A stretch of DNA of 64,000 bases from Phycisphaerae bacterium (lineage in GTDB: Bacteria; Planctomycetota; Phycisphaerae; UBA1845): contig JAJDEA010000130.1 in assembly GCA_029260035.1 (NCBI GenBank), positions 24,985-88,984 of the forward strand. Reading direction: 5' to 3'. Within the stretch, counting starts at the first letter, position 1. Every line of letters starts with the position of its first letter. The position numbers and the translations under genes were made by a program. Shown here piece after piece: positions 62,028 to 64,000 of the stretch. Under the pieces are notes generated by a model. The model searched no databases, was not told the DNA's origin, and worked only from the letters and a program-made list of their open reading frames with translations.

Positions 62028-62753
62028 GTGGACGGCATAATCAATTTTGACAAACCGCAGGGCATTACGTCGGCCAAAGCGCTGTATCGTGTCCGCTCGA
62101 TAACCGGCCAGCGAAAGAGCGGCCATGCCGGAACACTGGACCCGGGAGCGACCGGCGTGTTGGTGCTCTGTATGGGAAAAGCTACCAAGCTCGTCGAACA
62201 ACTCATGGATCAGCCCAAGGCTTATCGAACGATCGCCAGGCTGGACATCACCAGCGATAGCTTTGATTCGGATTTCCAAACCAGGCCGATTGCCGTTGCA
62301 TCGCCCCCATCGCCAGAAGACGTCGCGTCTGTCTTGAACTCGTTCGAGGGCAACATTTTGCAACTCCCACCCGTCATTAGTGCACTCAAGGTGAATGGCG
62401 TACCTTCCTACAAGAGGGCTGCGCGCAACGAAGCCGTGACGCTTAGAGAAAGGCCCGTCCGCATTTACTGGACCCAATTGGTTCGCTACGAATGGCCTGA
62501 AATTGAATTCGAGGTGGCTTGCGGGCGAGGCACCTACATTCGGTCGTTGATTCGAGATATTGGCGAGCGACTCAAGACGGGAGGCTGTCTTACGTCGCTA
62601 GTGCGAACCCGCGTAGGCCCGTTTTCAGTGGAAGATGGCTGGTCGTTCGATCGGCTCGAACAGGCTGACTCACCAGCGTCTTATCTGCTTCCGCTCGAGA
62701 AGGCCAAACAAAGGCTTAGCGAGCCGATTATCGTTCCTGAGAAACCGGCATGA
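62028..62753 (+). CDS. truB: tRNA pseudouridine(55) synthase (short form)
   Basis: G.INFDKP.G.TS, GHAGTLDP.ATGVL, Q.PP..SALKVNG, C..GTYIRSL..DIG, L.RTRVG. Confidence 0.95.
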   Translation: MDGIINFDKPQGITSAKALYRVRSITGQRKSGHAGTLDPGATGVLVLCMGKATKLVEQLMDQPKAYRTIARLDITSDSFDSDFQTRPIAVASPPSPEDVASVLNSFEGNILQLPPVISALKVNGVPSYKRAARNEAVTLRERPVRIYWTQLVRYEWPEIEFEVACGRGTYIRSLIRDIGERLKTGGCLTSLVRTRVGPFSVEDGWSFDRLEQADSPASYLLPLEKAKQRLSEPIIVPEKPA

Positions 62754-62961
62754 TAACTCGCCCGATCCTGCGGCATGAGGCGCTGAGGAGCCGTTTGCTA
62801 TCGACGCTTGATCTTGCGAGCACACGGGACGGAAGTATCATGCCTGCTAAGAGCTTGATGTAAAGACTGTCTCGAAACGACGTTTGCATAGGTACCGAAA
62901 ATGCTATTGTGATAATAGCTCTTCATCCATCTATTTCGCATCCTGTAACAAGGGGAACATT

Positions 62962-63906
62962 ATGAAACGGGCAAAGATTACTGTCATCGGGGCAGGCAAC
63001 GTCGGAGCAAGTTGTGCATTTTGGGCAGCCGCCAAGGAACTGGGTGATGTTGTCTTGATAGACATTCCCGATTTCGCTGACAAAACCGCCGGCAAAGCGC
63101 TCGATCTCGCACAATGCGGCCCGATCGAACGATTCGACTGCAAAATAACGGGCACGTCCGACTATGACGCAGCTTCCGGCAGCGACGTCGTTATCGTTAC
63201 CGCTGGCATACCGCGTAAGCCTGGAATGAGCCGAGATGATCTCATTCAGACCAACGTGAAAATTGTCGGATCGGTTTCGGAGAAAATCGCCAGCGTCGCA
63301 CCCGAAGCGGTTTTGATTGTCGTTTCCAATCCGCTCGACGCAATGGTGTACACCGCCTGGAAGAAATCAGGCTTTTCGACCAAGCGTGTCGTTGGCCAGG
63401 CCGGTTGCCTCGATATCGCCAGGTATCGCACTTTCATCGCAATGGAATTAGGCTGCAGTGTCGAGGACATATCAGCGCTTCTGATGGGCGGCCATGGTGA
63501 CGACATGGTGCCACTTCCAAGGTACACCTCGGTCTCTGGGATTCCGATCACGCAACTTATTCCCGCCGATCGACTCACTGCCATCATCGATCGCGCGAAA
63601 GTTGGCGGCGGCGAGCTGGTTAAACTGATGGGCACAAGCGCGTACTACGCTCCCGCAGCAGGTTCCGTCCAGATGGCCGAGGCGATAGTAAAAGACAAGA
63701 AACGAATACTGCCATGCGCGGGATACTGCGACAAGGAATACGGCGTTGGAGGGTTCTTCGTCGGGGTTCCGTGTGTCCTGGGCGCTGACGGCGTTGAGAA
63801 AATCATCGAAGTCGAACTTGATGCGAATGAGCGAAAGATGCTTGACACCAGTGTGGAGCATGTAAAGGAACTCGTTGGCGTTGCGGACGGATTCTTGAAT
63901 TCTTAG
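62962..63906 (+). CDS. mdh: Malate dehydrogenase (LDH-like)
   Basis: IGAGNVG, GKALD, TAG.PRKPGMSRDDL, VSNPLDAM, GGHGD.MVP, SAYYAP; AAGGGG SD before ATG 62962. Confidence 0.96.
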   Translation: MKRAKITVIGAGNVGASCAFWAAAKELGDVVLIDIPDFADKTAGKALDLAQCGPIERFDCKITGTSDYDAASGSDVVIVTAGIPRKPGMSRDDLIQTNVKIVGSVSEKIASVAPEAVLIVVSNPLDAMVYTAWKKSGFSTKRVVGQAGCLDIARYRTFIAMELGCSVEDISALLMGGHGDDMVPLPRYTSVSGIPITQLIPADRLTAIIDRAKVGGGELVKLMGTSAYYAPAAGSVQMAEAIVKDKKRILPCAGYCDKEYGVGGFFVGVPCVLGADGVEKIIEVELDANERKMLDTSVEHVKELVGVADGFLNS

Positions 63907-64000
63907 TGTTTCAAGGCTGAAGAATTGGTTTAATGAACCATGGCGTCGCGGACAATGTGACGTCTTCGCTTGCGGAACATACACCCGACCTGTAGGAATT

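Noticed and set aside
1-64000. rRNA, tRNA, tmRNA, RNase P, SRP, CRISPR array, transposase or integrase
   Set aside because: No T-loop cloverleafs, RNA signature sequences, regularly spaced direct repeats or recombinase/transposase motifs found by eye; a covariance-model scan could still find something

Overview
Gene-dense bacterial chromosomal window (roughly 50-55% GC by eye). It is most consistent with Planctomycetota, class Phycisphaerae; this is an inference from multiple CRTAC1/ASPIC-UnbV proteins, a DUF6677-like protein, a CxxCGYDLTGN zinc-finger membrane protein, a Cys-rich secreted protein with a dockerin-like tail, and lpxD. About 50 CDS are supportable. Housekeeping genes include sucC, pyrC, thiE, lpxD, truB, mdh, mlaEFD, PiT+DUF47, prkA-yeaH-spoVR and cdaA with a CdaR-like partner. 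I found no rRNA, tRNA, CRISPR array or transposase. The best candidate for an undescribed system is an 11.6-kb envelope locus (7814-19416): a membrane protein with four heme-b-like transmembrane His, five CxxCH motifs and TPRs, surrounded by three FG-GAP/ASPIC-UnbV beta-propeller proteins and TPR scaffolds. Other notable items are a probable operon linking VIT1, a P1B-4 ATPase and a degenerate CPBP::DUF418 fusion; a DUF4382 protein split by a 69-aa, 12-Cys tandem repeat; a diadenylate cyclase with HDLG in place of HDGA; and a GTAG-type REP-like palindrome beside an AT-richer orphan gene. All family assignments come from motif recognition by eye; no database searches were run.
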